Shown: positions 1-9,378 of the stretch, piece after piece
How the letters are laid out: each line of letters begins with the position of its first letter
Numbering within the stretch: the stretch's first letter is position 1
Assembly (NCBI GenBank): GCA_033763775.1
Contig: JANRJW010000004.1
Span: 8,755 to 72,754, forward strand
Source of the DNA: Alphaproteobacteria bacterium
GTDB lineage: Bacteria > Pseudomonadota > Alphaproteobacteria > Rickettsiales > SXRF01
Direction of reading: 5' to 3'
DNA: 64,000 nt
Notes under the pieces: generated by a model
What the model was told of the DNA's origin: nothing
Seen by the model: only the letters and a program-made list of their open reading frames with translations
Databases searched by the model: none
Made by a program: the position numbers and the translations under genes

Positions 1-243
1 AGGCACTTCCACGCCGGTTTTCGGATTGCGACCCATGCGCTGCTTTTTGTGGCGCAGGTTGAACGTGCCAAACGACGAGAGCTTCACGCTATCGCCCTGT
101 TCCAGTGCGGTGCAGATTTCCTCGATCACCGAATCAACAAGCGCATTGCACTCCTGCAGCGACAGGCCAATTTGTTTATAGATGGCATTGCTGAGGTCAG
201 CGCGGGTGAGAGTTTTACCTTCGTCGGTGATGATATCGGTCAT
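1..243 (-). CDS. ihfA: integration host factor alpha subunit, C-terminal end cut by window edge
   Basis: Absent from the ORF track because it has no stop in the window. Reverse translation from ATG (cat at 241-243) gives MTDIITDEGKTLTRADLSNAIYKQIGLSLQECNALVDSVIEEICTALEQGDSVKLSSFGTFNLRHKKQRMGRNPKTGVEVP, a typical IHF/HU sequence. It lies next to fabH-plsX-rpmF. Confidence 0.85.
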   Translation of the reverse strand, partial: MTDIITDEGKTLTRADLSNAIYKQIGLSLQECNALVDSVIEEICTALEQGDSVKLSSFGTFNLRHKKQRMGRNPKTGVEVP

Positions 244-308
244 GGCAGGGCTCATTGTTTGATGATGAATGGCACCAGTATAGCGTTTTTTAGAATAAAA
301 TCAAGTAT

Positions 309-1271
309 CTACCAGCGAAGCAGCGCGCAGCCCCAGGTAAAGCCCGCGCCCATGGCCGGGCAGGCGATAAGCTGGCCGGGCTTCAGGCGGCCATCCTTGG
401 CCGCCACATGCAGCGCCAGCGGGATGGAAGCCGCCGAGGTATTGGCGTGCAGGGGCACGGTGGAAATCAGCTTTTCGGGGGGTAGCCCCAGCTTTTCGCC
501 GACACTGGCCAGAATACGCTGGTTGGCCTGATGGGGGGCAATCCAGTCAATATCACTGGCTGTAAGGCCGTTTTCTGAAAGCACCGCAAGTGTTGCTTCC
601 GGCATTTTGGCCACGGCATGGCGATAAACCTCTTTGCCGGCCATGGAAAGCACGCCCGCTTTCTGATTGGTGGCGACACCACCGCTGGTTATCAGCATGG
701 AGCCAAACGCGCCATCGGAATAGATGCGTGAGCCAAGAATGCCCCGATTCTCTCCCTCGCGCGCTTCCAGCAGCATGGCAGCTGCGCCATCGCCAAACAG
801 GATGCAGGTGGTGCGATCCTGCCAGTCGATAATGCGCGAGAAAATTTCTGCGCCGATGACCAGCGCGCGATTGGCCTGTGCGTTTTTCAACATGGCATCG
901 GCGACACTGAGCGCATAGACAAAGCCGCTGCAGGCGGCATTCAGATCAAACGCAGCGCCTGCTTTCATGCCAAGCTTGTGCTGCACTTTCGTGGCGGTTG
1001 CGGGCAGGGTATCGTCCGGTGTGGCGGTGGCAACGATGATGAGGTCAACCGATTCTGCCCCCACGCCAGCACGCTCCAGAGCTTGCTTCGCGGCGTGGGC
1101 TGCGAGGTCGGAGGTGAGCTCATTGTCTGCTGCCAGGTGGCGCTGGCGGATACCGGTGCGCTCAACGATCCACTCATCGCTGGTGTCGACCAGCTTTGCC
1201 AGCTCATGGTTGGTCATCACGCGCTGGGGTAAATAGGCGCCCGTGGAAAGAATGATACTACGGCGCATCAA
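309..1271 (-). CDS. fabH: 3-oxoacyl-ACP synthase III
   Basis: 320 aa. Active-site context NAACSGFVYAL, HQANQRI and GFTWG motifs are typical of FabH. It overlaps plsX by 4 nt. Confidence 0.95.
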   Translation of the reverse strand: MMRRSIILSTGAYLPQRVMTNHELAKLVDTSDEWIVERTGIRQRHLAADNELTSDLAAHAAKQALERAGVGAESVDLIIVATATPDDTLPATATKVQHKLGMKAGAAFDLNAACSGFVYALSVADAMLKNAQANRALVIGAEIFSRIIDWQDRTTCILFGDGAAAMLLEAREGENRGILGSRIYSDGAFGSMLITSGGVATNQKAGVLSMAGKEVYRHAVAKMPEATLAVLSENGLTASDIDWIAPHQANQRILASVGEKLGLPPEKLISTVPLHANTSAASIPLALHVAAKDGRLKPGQLIACPAMGAGFTWGCALLRW

Positions 1272-2341
1272 TCCGCCTCGCCTTCCACTGCATCCAGCGG
1301 CACACCGGGCATGGCCGGCGGTGTCGAGAGCTTGATTTCCTGCATGATGCGCTGGTTGATATGGTGGGCAACCAGCTCAATCGCCACACTAACGGCGTTG
1401 CAAAATCCTTTTGCGTCGGCACCGCCATGGCTTTTCACCGCAATGCCACCAAGGCCAAGGAACATCGCGCCGTTGCGCTTGCGGTCATCCAGCTTATCTT
1501 TCACCACGCCCAGCGCACCAGCTGCCATCAGCCCGCCAAGGCGCGCCGGAATTGAGCTTGAGAAAGCCTCGCGCATGTAGGTGCGGATCAGACGGGCAGC
1601 GCCTTCTGCTGTTTTCAGGGCGACATTGCCGGTGAAACCGTCCGTCACCACGACATCCACCGTACCCATCGCAATATCATTGCCTTCGACAAAACCATGG
1701 AAATTCAAATCCAGACCGGATGATTCAATCAGTCTGCGCGCATCTTTCACTTCGTCGCGGCCTTTCAGGTCTTCCGAGCCGACATTCAGCAGCCCGATTT
1801 TGGGTCTGGAAAGTCCGAGCACCGCGCGCGCATACGCATCGCCCATCACGGCGAAGCGAAATAGATCCTGCGCGTCACATTCAACATTGGCTCCCAGATC
1901 CAGCATCACACACTCGCCTTTGAGTGTTGGGAAAAGTGCTGCAATCGCCGGGCGCGATACGCCGGGAAGCGTGCGCAGAATGAGTTTGGACATGGCCATC
2001 AGTGCGCCGGTATTGCCCGCGGAAACCACCGCGCAGGCTTTTTCTTCTTTCACCGATTCAATGGCCAGCCACATGCTGGATTTTCGGCCGCGACGCACCG
2101 CGACGGATGGCTTATCATCACCCGCAATAACCTCTTCGGTATGCACAATCTCACAATGCTTGGCCAGCTGGCCGAGATCAGCAAGCAGCGGCTCTAAGAT
2201 GTAGCGATTACCAAACAGAAGAAAACGGCTGCCGGGGTGGCGAATAAGCGCCAGCTGGGCGCCTTTGAGCACGGCGTGCGGGGCATGATCACCGCCCATC
2301 GCATCCAGCGCAATCGGGAGTCTCAGTTTACTTGCAGCCAT
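1268..2341 (-). CDS. plsX: phosphate acyltransferase PlsX
   Basis: 357 aa. AMGGDHAP near the N-terminus and the DGFTGNVALKT motif. Conserved rpmF-plsX-fabH order. Confidence 0.95.
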   Translation of the reverse strand: MAASKLRLPIALDAMGGDHAPHAVLKGAQLALIRHPGSRFLLFGNRYILEPLLADLGQLAKHCEIVHTEEVIAGDDKPSVAVRRGRKSSMWLAIESVKEEKACAVVSAGNTGALMAMSKLILRTLPGVSRPAIAALFPTLKGECVMLDLGANVECDAQDLFRFAVMGDAYARAVLGLSRPKIGLLNVGSEDLKGRDEVKDARRLIESSGLDLNFHGFVEGNDIAMGTVDVVVTDGFTGNVALKTAEGAARLIRTYMREAFSSSIPARLGGLMAAGALGVVKDKLDDRKRNGAMFLGLGGIAVKSHGGADAKGFCNAVSVAIELVAHHINQRIMQEIKLSTPPAMPGVPLDAVEGEAD

Positions 2342-2443
2342 GGGAGCTCATCGTTATCGTGATCGCCAGAGTTTGGTATTCTTTGTGATGCATAAACCAT
2401 CACAACGAACACGACAATCACGAATTACAATGGCCGCAAAAAA

Positions 2444-2626
2444 TTAGCGGTTCACCTTAGACTTCGTGACCTGACGGCCTTTGTAGTAACCATCGGGCGA
2501 AACATGATGGGGGCGCTTGAGTTCGCCGGTGGTTTTATCTTCCACCACAGTTACTTTATCGAGCGCGTGGTGCGAGCGGCGCATGTTGCGGGCGCTGGGG
2601 GTCTTTTTTCGCTTAGGTACAGCCAT
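2444..2626 (-). CDS. rpmF: 50S ribosomal protein L32
   Basis: [20 protein letters not shown] is the canonical L32 N-terminus. The track start at 2632 is TTG; the ATG at 2626 has AAGGA about 9 nt upstream. Confidence 0.95.
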   Translation of the reverse strand: MAVPKRKKTPSARNMRRSHHALDKVTVVEDKTTGELKRPHHVSPDGYYKGRQVTKSKVNR

Positions 2627-2702
2627 GGTCAAACATCCTTATTTTTTTGTGAGGGAGCCTTATACAGCAAGAACCGCTGGCTTGGAAAGCAGTTTTTTAA
2701 GC

Positions 2703-3938
2703 TTAAACGGCAAGCTTTCTAAGCAGCTCGGATTCGGCCTGACCACCGTACATATAGTCACGGGTGATTGGCAAGGCATTGATTTTCTTTGAAAATTGGA
2801 TCTGCCACGCCATGGTTCCGGAGTAGATCATCGCCAGTTCGCAGCCGGTGAGGTACAGGTCGAACATGCGGTAAAACACCTCGCCATTCATGGCGCGGAT
2901 GCGCTCGCTGTTTGCACGGTAGCGTTTTTTCCATTCGCGCAGCGTGTAGGAATAGTGCAGGCGCAGCACCTCGGCATCGGTCACCCAGAAGCCAGCTTTT
3001 TCGATAAAGGGGATGGTCTCCGAAAGCGCCGGCAGGTAGCCTTTTCTGAACATGTATTTTTCCAGCCATGGCTGCGTGGCGAGCGAGGGTTTGTTGTAGC
3101 CGATCGAGTGCAGCAGCATGAGGCCATCTTCTTTCATCAGCTCATGCACTTTGCCAAAATATTCCGGATAGTGAGGCAGGCCAACATGCTCGAACATGCC
3201 CACCGAAACAATGCGATCAAAAGTCTCGCTCACGTGGCGATAATCCTGCAGTCGGATATCGATTTTATCTTGCAGCCCGGCGGCTTTCACACGCTCTACG
3301 GCGAGCTGGTGCTGCTGCGCCGAAAGCGTGACACCCACGACGCTCACGCCTTTTTGCTTCGCCATTTCCATCGCAAGCCCGCCCCAGCCGCAGCCAATAT
3401 CCAGCACGCGCTGGCCGGGCGATAAATTTAGCTTGGCGATGATGTGGTTTTTCTTATTGATTTGTGCCTGTTCCAGCGTGTCGTGCTCGCTTTTGAAATA
3501 GGCGCAGGAATACTGCATGTCCTTGTCGAGAAACAGCTGGTAGAGCTCATTGGAAATATCGTAGTGAAACTGAATGTTTTTGGTGGCGTAGCCGATGGCG
3601 TTATTCTGCCAGATACGGCGCAGCGCATAGCGCGCCAGCGTGATGGCTTTTGCAAAAGGAAAATCACGAAACGCCTGGTTGTTGGCCGCCAGCACGCGCA
3701 GAAATTTATCAAGATCACCGTCATCAATCGTCATCGTGCCGAACATGTAGGCCTCCGGCAGGTTGATGGAGGGGTTCGCTACCAGCTTCCAATGTAGCGC
3801 TTTATCATGCAGCGTAATCGCGGTGGATTCGCCCGGGCTACCTGCATAGTGGTGGCGCTTGCCGGTGGCATCGGTGACGGTGAGTTCGCCGCGTTTGATG
3901 ATGTGGCGAAACAGCGCGCCGGCGGGAAAATCGAGCAT
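2703..3938 (-). CDS. cfa: cyclopropane-fatty-acyl-phospholipid synthase family methyltransferase
   Basis: 411 aa. SAM motif VLDIGCGWGGLA and the typical CFA synthase C-terminal half (FEHVG, YSYTLREW). Confidence 0.85.
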   Translation of the reverse strand: MLDFPAGALFRHIIKRGELTVTDATGKRHHYAGSPGESTAITLHDKALHWKLVANPSINLPEAYMFGTMTIDDGDLDKFLRVLAANNQAFRDFPFAKAITLARYALRRIWQNNAIGYATKNIQFHYDISNELYQLFLDKDMQYSCAYFKSEHDTLEQAQINKKNHIIAKLNLSPGQRVLDIGCGWGGLAMEMAKQKGVSVVGVTLSAQQHQLAVERVKAAGLQDKIDIRLQDYRHVSETFDRIVSVGMFEHVGLPHYPEYFGKVHELMKEDGLMLLHSIGYNKPSLATQPWLEKYMFRKGYLPALSETIPFIEKAGFWVTDAEVLRLHYSYTLREWKKRYRANSERIRAMNGEVFYRMFDLYLTGCELAMIYSGTMAWQIQFSKKINALPITRDYMYGGQAESELLRKLAV

Positions 3939-3962
3939 GGCAGATATCCTTGCTAATGAGAG

Positions 3963-4802
3963 TTAAGCGGCCGAGAGCTTACCTTTAGAAATGATCTGGT
4001 CAACAGGATCCAGCGCGCCGTCGGCAATCAGGGGTTGTTTTTTTACTTCAGCATAAATCGGCGCGAAGTCCGGCTTGGTGGCCTCAAACAGATCCTCCAG
4101 CGAATCAATCACGAAGTAGGTTTTCTGCAGGTCATCGATGCGGTAGTCGCTGCGCATGATGCGTTTCAAGTCAAATTTCAGCCGGTTAGGCTTATCGCTT
4201 TCTAAACAATAGACCGATTCGGTTTTGGAGGAAACAATGCCGGAACCGTAAATGCGAAGCCCTTCTTCCTGCTGGATGAGGCCGAATTCCACCGTAAACC
4301 AGTATAGGCGTTCGATTTCCTTATCAGCATCCAGCGTGTGCGCTTTCAGCGCCCCTTTGCCCCATTCCTGCATGTAATCGGCGTAAACCTGATGCGCGAG
4401 CATCGGCACATGGCCAAAAAGATCATGGAAAATGTCCGGCTCCATCAGGTAATCAATCTTCGCTGGCTCGCGGATCCACCATGTGACTGGGAACTGGCGC
4501 TTGGAGAGATGCTCCAGAAACACCATCGGCGGCAGATAGCCCGGCACGGTGACAAGCCGCCAGTTTACCGTTTTCTCGAGCATATCAGAAACGCGGCGCC
4601 AGTCGGGAATCACGTCGCTTTCTTTCATGCCGAGCATCTCCAGCGAGCTTAGATACTCTTTGCATGCGCGGTTTTTAAGCAGCGGATACTGGCGGTTGCT
4701 GAGCGTGCGCCACATGCCATGATCCTCGGCGGTGTAGGCGGCCGGATCAAAGTCGAATGTGTAGTCGGCGCGCATGTTTTTCGGGTGTTCGTCTGCTCTC
4801 AT
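3963..4802 (-). CDS. phhA: phenylalanine-4-hydroxylase
   Basis: EPDIFHDLFGHVPML iron-binding region and YWFTVEFGL motif. The track start (4841) is GTG inside a hairpin repeat; the ATG at 4802 (or 4775) is more likely, so the start is uncertain. Confidence 0.85.
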   Translation of the reverse strand: MRADEHPKNMRADYTFDFDPAAYTAEDHGMWRTLSNRQYPLLKNRACKEYLSSLEMLGMKESDVIPDWRRVSDMLEKTVNWRLVTVPGYLPPMVFLEHLSKRQFPVTWWIREPAKIDYLMEPDIFHDLFGHVPMLAHQVYADYMQEWGKGALKAHTLDADKEIERLYWFTVEFGLIQQEEGLRIYGSGIVSSKTESVYCLESDKPNRLKFDLKRIMRSDYRIDDLQKTYFVIDSLEDLFEATKPDFAPIYAEVKKQPLIADGALDPVDQIISKGKLSAA

Positions 4803-4805
4803 TTT

Positions 4806-4939
4806 AAGCCCCGCCGCATGGCGGGGTCTGGTATTCCGCACATGCGCTTGAAAAAATGGTTATCATCGGCCAGTATAGCCATCATGACACGTAAATCCAC
4901 CAAAACCAGCACCAGACCCCGCCATACGGCGGGGCTAAG
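4806..4939. repeat. CCCCGCC-hairpin inverted pair spanning the phhA/GNAT divergent region
   Basis: aagccccgccgcatggcggggtctggtatt (4806-4835) and its inverted counterpart accagaccccgccatacggcggggctaag (4911-4939). Confidence 0.8.
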
Positions 4940-5357
4940 TATCCGCGAACTGAAAACCCGCGCCGAGATCGAGACGATTTACCCGCTGGTAAAGCAGGTG
5001 AACCCGCAAGTATCTAAACGTGAGTTCATGACCGACCTTGATACCATGCTACCGCTGGGCTATCGCTGCATTGGGGCATTTTCCGGCGATAAACTCGTGG
5101 GCGCCTGTGGCCTGTGGATCGGCCGGCGGTTCTGGTGCGGAAAATACTGCGAGGTGGATAATCTTGTCGTTGATTTAAATCAACGCAGCGGGGGCATCGG
5201 TGCGCTTATGATGCGCTGGGTGGAAAAAGAAGCGAAAAAAGAGAAATGTGCGATCGTGATGGCAGACAGCTACACGACCAACCATGCCTCACACCGCTTT
5301 TATTTCCGCGAAGGATATATTATAAAGGGCTACTGTTTTTACAAAGAACTCTACTAG
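4884..5357 (+). CDS. GNAT family N-acetyltransferase
   Basis: QRSGGIGALMMRWVE acetyl-CoA binding motif (Q/RxxGxG/A). ATG at 4884 chosen. The N-terminal 20 aa are encoded by a hairpin repeat (TRPRHTAGL). Confidence 0.7.
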   Translation: MTRKSTKTSTRPRHTAGLSIRELKTRAEIETIYPLVKQVNPQVSKREFMTDLDTMLPLGYRCIGAFSGDKLVGACGLWIGRRFWCGKYCEVDNLVVDLNQRSGGIGALMMRWVEKEAKKEKCAIVMADSYTTNHASHRFYFREGYIIKGYCFYKELY

Positions 5358-5460
5358 GACAGACAGCTTGCTTGTTTTTTCTGCGCTTCCGCTGCGCGTG
5401 TAATTTAAAGTACACTTGCGCTGCTGCTTACGAAAAAACTTCGCATCTGTCTTGTCCTAG
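5354..5460. repeat. ~107-nt element with terminal inverted repeats, upstream of hppD
   Basis: Arms ctaggacagacag / ctgtcttgtcctag. The core shares cttgcttg...ctgcgcttccg.tgc with the element at 6593-6702. Confidence 0.6.
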
Positions 5461-5483
5461 CGAGTTCTGATAAAGGAGAAATT

Positions 5484-6590
5484 ATGCCGCAACCAGCTAC
5501 CAGCAATCAGCCGCCAGCCACAGACATTAACCCCATGGGCACGGACGGCTTCGAGTTTGTCGAATATGCGGCGCTTGATCCGCGCCCGCTGGAAGAGCTG
5601 TTCGCCAAGCTCGGCTTTACGCGCGTGGCGCAGCACCGCTCGAAAAATGTTCATCTGTGGCGTCAGGGCGATATTAATTTTATTTTGAATGCCGAGCGCA
5701 ATTCGCAGGCTGAAGGGTTTTACAACGCGCACGGCCTATCCGCCAATGCGATGGCGTTTCGCGTGAAAGACGCGGCCTTTGCGATCAAGCGCGCGAAAGA
5801 ACTCGGCGCAAAAGTGGTGGAATCAAAAGTGGGGCCGATGGAACTGGCCATTCCCGCCATTGAGGGCATTGGTGGTAGTTTGCTTTATCTGGTGGATCGC
5901 TACGGTAAGCAGGGCTCGATTTATGATATTGATTTTGTGCCGCTGCCGGGGGTGGATCAGCATCCGGCGGGTGTGGGGCTTACTTACATCGACCATCTCA
6001 CGCACAATGTTGAGCGTGGCAACATGGAAAAATGGGCGGATTTTTATTCACGCCTGTTTAACTTCCGCCAGATCCGCTATTTTGATATTGAAGGTAAGCT
6101 CACCGGCCTTGTCAGCAAGGCGATGACCAGCCCTTGCGGCAAGATCCGCATCCCGATCAACGAATCGTCGGATGATAAATCGCAGATCGAAGAATATCTG
6201 CGCGAATACAAAGGCGAAGGCATCCAGCATATCGCGCTGGCAACGGACGATATTTACGCGACCGTGGCGCAGCTGAAGCAGCATGTGCGCTTCATGGATC
6301 CGCCGCCCGATACCTACTATGATAACCTGAAAAAACGCGTGCCGCACAGCAAGGAAGATGTGAGCAAGCTGAAGCCGCTCGGTATTCTGGTGGATGGCGC
6401 GCCGGAGAGCAAACCGGGCGCGAATGATGGTGGTATTTTACTCCAGATTTTCACCGCGACCGTCATCGGCCCGATTTTCTACGAAATCATCCAGCGCAAA
6501 GGCGATGAAGGTTTCGGCGAAGGCAATTTTAAGGCTTTGTTTGAGTCGATCGAGGAAGATCAGATCAAGCGCGGGGTTCTTAAGCAATAG
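5484..6590 (+). CDS. hppD: 4-hydroxyphenylpyruvate dioxygenase
   Basis: 368 aa. [12 protein letters not shown], the C-terminal [24 protein letters not shown] signature, and AAGGAG Shine-Dalgarno upstream. Confidence 0.95.
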   Translation: MPQPATSNQPPATDINPMGTDGFEFVEYAALDPRPLEELFAKLGFTRVAQHRSKNVHLWRQGDINFILNAERNSQAEGFYNAHGLSANAMAFRVKDAAFAIKRAKELGAKVVESKVGPMELAIPAIEGIGGSLLYLVDRYGKQGSIYDIDFVPLPGVDQHPAGVGLTYIDHLTHNVERGNMEKWADFYSRLFNFRQIRYFDIEGKLTGLVSKAMTSPCGKIRIPINESSDDKSQIEEYLREYKGEGIQHIALATDDIYATVAQLKQHVRFMDPPPDTYYDNLKKRVPHSKEDVSKLKPLGILVDGAPESKPGANDGGILLQIFTATVIGPIFYEIIQRKGDEGFGEGNFKALFESIEEDQIKRGVLKQ

Positions 6591-6592
6591 CG

Positions 6593-6702
6593 CTTCCTGA
6601 AGCTGGGGAACTTGCTTGCGATGCTGCGCTTCCGGTGCTCACGTACTAGAACGCTGTGCGCCGGTTCTCGCCTCACTTAGCATTTCCCTCAGCTTGAGGA
6701 AG
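6593..6702. repeat. ~110-nt element with terminal inverted repeats, downstream of hppD
   Basis: Arms cttcctgaagctgggg / ccctcagcttgaggaag. Core acttgcttgcgatgctgcgcttccggtgctcacgta. Confidence 0.6.
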
Positions 6703-6716
6703 CTTAGTACAATATA

Positions 6717-7430
6717 TTAATTGAGCGAGAGGCCGGCTGCGCCCTGCCGGCTTTGCGCAAGGCGCTGCACAAAACTGCCGCCGCGCAGGGTTTTACCTAC
6801 CATCTCTACCATTGAGCGCTGCAGCTCGGGGGTGTTGAAATTTTCTGCAATGCTGGCCGCCATCTCGCTGGGCACCTGCTCGCGCTCGACCTGCTCCAGC
6901 ACCGTTTCCGGCAGCTTTGACATGCTGTAAGCCACCCGCAGGTTGCCTTTATCTATCTGCAGCGGTGGCAATTTGTTGACATCCACCCTGCCGCCAGCAA
7001 CTTCCTTGAACACACGCGCGGCATCCAGCGCGTCGGTGTGGCCACGCGCCATGTTTTTGTAGGCGGCGATCACGCGCACGTCCTCCACCGAATAACCATC
7101 CGCCTCGCGCAGCACATAGGCCGCCACTTTGCCCGGGCCGGTGCCAATGGCGTTAGTGTTCACGGCGTGATCAAGCCGGTGGTGGCCATCCGCGACATAA
7201 AGCGCGCCATTCAGACGTTCATGCAGCAGCAGTGGATCGCCGTCTAAGATTGGATTCCAGCTTTTGCGGCGGATGCGATGTGCCTCGGTGATGCCTTTGC
7301 TATCACCATGCGCGCGGAACTGATAGGCCTGCGCATCGGTCTTGATGGCCTCGGGCGCCACCATCACTAGGCTCAGCTTTTCAAGCGCCAGGCGCGGTTG
7401 TTGTAATGTAAACATCCCCATACACGCCAT
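6717..7430 (-). CDS. ParB/Srx-fold (ParB-like nuclease domain) protein
   Basis: 237 aa. IKTDAQAYQFR ... YVADGHHRL matches the ParB-like N-terminal nuclease-domain pattern (DGHHR). No HTH/ParB DNA-binding half recognised. Start uncertain (MACMGMF). Confidence 0.55.
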   Translation of the reverse strand: MACMGMFTLQQPRLALEKLSLVMVAPEAIKTDAQAYQFRAHGDSKGITEAHRIRRKSWNPILDGDPLLLHERLNGALYVADGHHRLDHAVNTNAIGTGPGKVAAYVLREADGYSVEDVRVIAAYKNMARGHTDALDAARVFKEVAGGRVDVNKLPPLQIDKGNLRVAYSMSKLPETVLEQVEREQVPSEMAASIAENFNTPELQRSMVEMVGKTLRGGSFVQRLAQSRQGAAGLSLN

Positions 7431-7593
7431 TCTAGCGCGCAGGAGGCCAGTAGCCCAGCCTTCAAATATGAAGTTTTGATGACGAATACAGTGCTGGAAC
7501 AGAAAGCAGATAATATTGATTTTTAAACATTAACTGAAAATAAACCATGCTGCTTTACTGTTGAGAGAGTTTCATTAAAGACCGAGTTAATGC

Positions 7594-8205
7594 ATGGCCA
7601 GCCATATTCATCCTAAAAATGTCCGTGCGAGCGATAGCATCGACGTGCTGGCTCTTAAGCACGATGATTTCAAAGTCCGTCGCGGTTTTCCGACCGTGCG
7701 CGAAATGGCGAAGCTGTGCCTTTCAGCGGTTCTTATCGTGTTTGGTGTGGTGATTCTGGTGCGCAATGATACGCTCGTCGGCGCTTTGGTTTGTACACTA
7801 GTGGGCGGCCTTATGCTCTATCTGGGGCAGAGTATCGAAAAGCAGCAGAAAGTTATCAATGCAACAGAATTCATGAATGCACTTTTTTCTTCCGCGCTGA
7901 GCAAAGATTATCAATTTTGTCTTATTGCCCGAGAAGACGGGGGAATGATTTATTTCGATCGCGGATTCCAAAAGGCTTTCCCTGAGTTCATGCTAGGCAA
8001 TCGACGCGACCTTGCAGGGCTTTGTAACCACTACCAAGTTGAAGCCGACGTGACCGAGCGGCTGGGAAGCATTATTTCTTCTGGCAAGCAGGGTGAACTG
8101 CAGTTGGCAATCCCGGCGCGGGCTGATTCCCCCAGCCAGACATTCTCGGTGACCTGCGAACCCATCGCACGTCCGAAGGGCTACGTGCTGGTGCGCGGTA
8201 AGTAG
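7594..8205 (+). CDS. membrane-anchored protein with PAS-like C-terminal domain (putative)
   Basis: 203 aa. Two hydrophobic segments (aa ~40-85), then a ~110-aa region with a PAS-like pattern (REDGGMIYFDRGFQKAFPEF...GYVLVRG). No output domain. Confidence 0.4.
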   Translation: MASHIHPKNVRASDSIDVLALKHDDFKVRRGFPTVREMAKLCLSAVLIVFGVVILVRNDTLVGALVCTLVGGLMLYLGQSIEKQQKVINATEFMNALFSSALSKDYQFCLIAREDGGMIYFDRGFQKAFPEFMLGNRRDLAGLCNHYQVEADVTERLGSIISSGKQGELQLAIPARADSPSQTFSVTCEPIARPKGYVLVRGK

Positions 8206-8208
8206 AGC

Positions 8209-8454
8209 TTAAGCAGCCGCTTTTGTCAGCATCGAATAAAGCTCGTCTTTAAGCGCGAGGCGCTGCTTTTTGAATTTTTCCGCCAGAATGTCGGAGACCT
8301 TGTCGATCTCCTGCTCAATGCGGTGCACCTGCTTGCATACGGCTTCATATTCATCAAACAGCCGGGCGAAGTGGGCATCATTTATTTTCAGCGCGTGAAT
8401 CTGCTCTTTGAACTCGGGAAATTCCTGAAGCAGTGAATAAGATTCGTTGAACAT
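8209..8454 (-). CDS. DUF465 (YdcH-like) small protein
   Basis: 81 aa. FPEFKEQIHALKINDAHFARLFDEYEAVCKQVHRIE resembles the YdcH/DUF465 family. Confidence 0.65.
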   Translation of the reverse strand: MFNESYSLLQEFPEFKEQIHALKINDAHFARLFDEYEAVCKQVHRIEQEIDKVSDILAEKFKKQRLALKDELYSMLTKAAA

Positions 8455-8519
8455 AAAAAGCTCCTTTTCGTTGACTCAGGCAACATTAGCAGCATGTGCC
8501 ATGATAGCCTTGATTCGTA

Positions 8520-9290
8520 TCAAGCGCCAGCAATAACAGGGTGAGCGCCAATTTTCTGATATTCATCAAAGAGTTTGGGGGTGCGGTTTTCGCCCGCCCT
8601 GCAGATGGCCTCATCCATGGCAACGGTGCCAAGCAGCGCCACGCCCAGCTCGCGCGCGAGTTTCTCGCCGCCGCCGCTGCCAAACATGCTGCCCGACATA
8701 TTTTCCACCACGCCCAGCACCGGCACATGCACCTTGGTGAACATCTGCGCGCATTTGCGCGCATCCAGCAGCGCGACTTCCTGCGGTGTGGTGACGATGA
8801 TCGTACCCGATAGCGGCACTTGCTGCGCCATGCTTAAATGAATATCGCCTGTGCCCGGCGGCATATCCACCAGCAGCACATCCAGCGGTGCTTCTTTTAT
8901 GCCCCAGCGTGTCATACGCAGCAGCTGGTTCAGTGTTTTGGTAATCATGGGCCCGCGCAGCACCGCCGCACTATCACCAATGATGAAACCGATCGAATTG
9001 CACACGATGCCGGCCGCCTCAAGCGGTATCATCTGCTCTTTAAATTCCGGCTGGCCGGAAAGCCCCATCAGGTAGGGGATGCTGGGGCCGTAAATATCCG
9101 CATCCAGAATGCCAACGCGCTTTCCCGCCGCCGAAAGCGCCATGGCCAGGTTCACTGTGGTGGTTGATTTGCCCACGCCGCCCTTGCCAGACGCCACCGC
9201 GATGACTCTGCCCACAAAAGGCAGCGGCTCGCGCACCCAGAGTGCTGGTTTTTTTAGCGGTGTTTCATCCTGAATCATCGTTGATGTCAT
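8520..9290 (-). CDS. mrp: Mrp/ApbC-type Fe-S cluster carrier ATPase
   Basis: Deviant Walker A VASGKGGVGKSTT, DADIYGPS, DMPPGTGD. ATG at 9290 (MTSTMIQ) preferred over the longer track ORF that overlaps hflK. Confidence 0.9.
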   Translation of the reverse strand: MTSTMIQDETPLKKPALWVREPLPFVGRVIAVASGKGGVGKSTTTVNLAMALSAAGKRVGILDADIYGPSIPYLMGLSGQPEFKEQMIPLEAAGIVCNSIGFIIGDSAAVLRGPMITKTLNQLLRMTRWGIKEAPLDVLLVDMPPGTGDIHLSMAQQVPLSGTIIVTTPQEVALLDARKCAQMFTKVHVPVLGVVENMSGSMFGSGGGEKLARELGVALLGTVAMDEAICRAGENRTPKLFDEYQKIGAHPVIAGA

Positions 9291-9378
9291 GGTCTTGCAA
9301 TCTGCTTGTTTCCCCCTATATAGTTGCCCGAGCGAAAAAAACCAGTACCGCCTTGAGGCGGGAACCAGTGGAGGGTGC

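Noticed and set aside
49-531. 160-aa plus-strand ORF at the left edge.
   Set aside because: It overlaps the ihfA and fabH coding regions in antisense. The real gene here is the open-ended ihfA on the minus strand, which the ORF track misses because it has no stop in the window.
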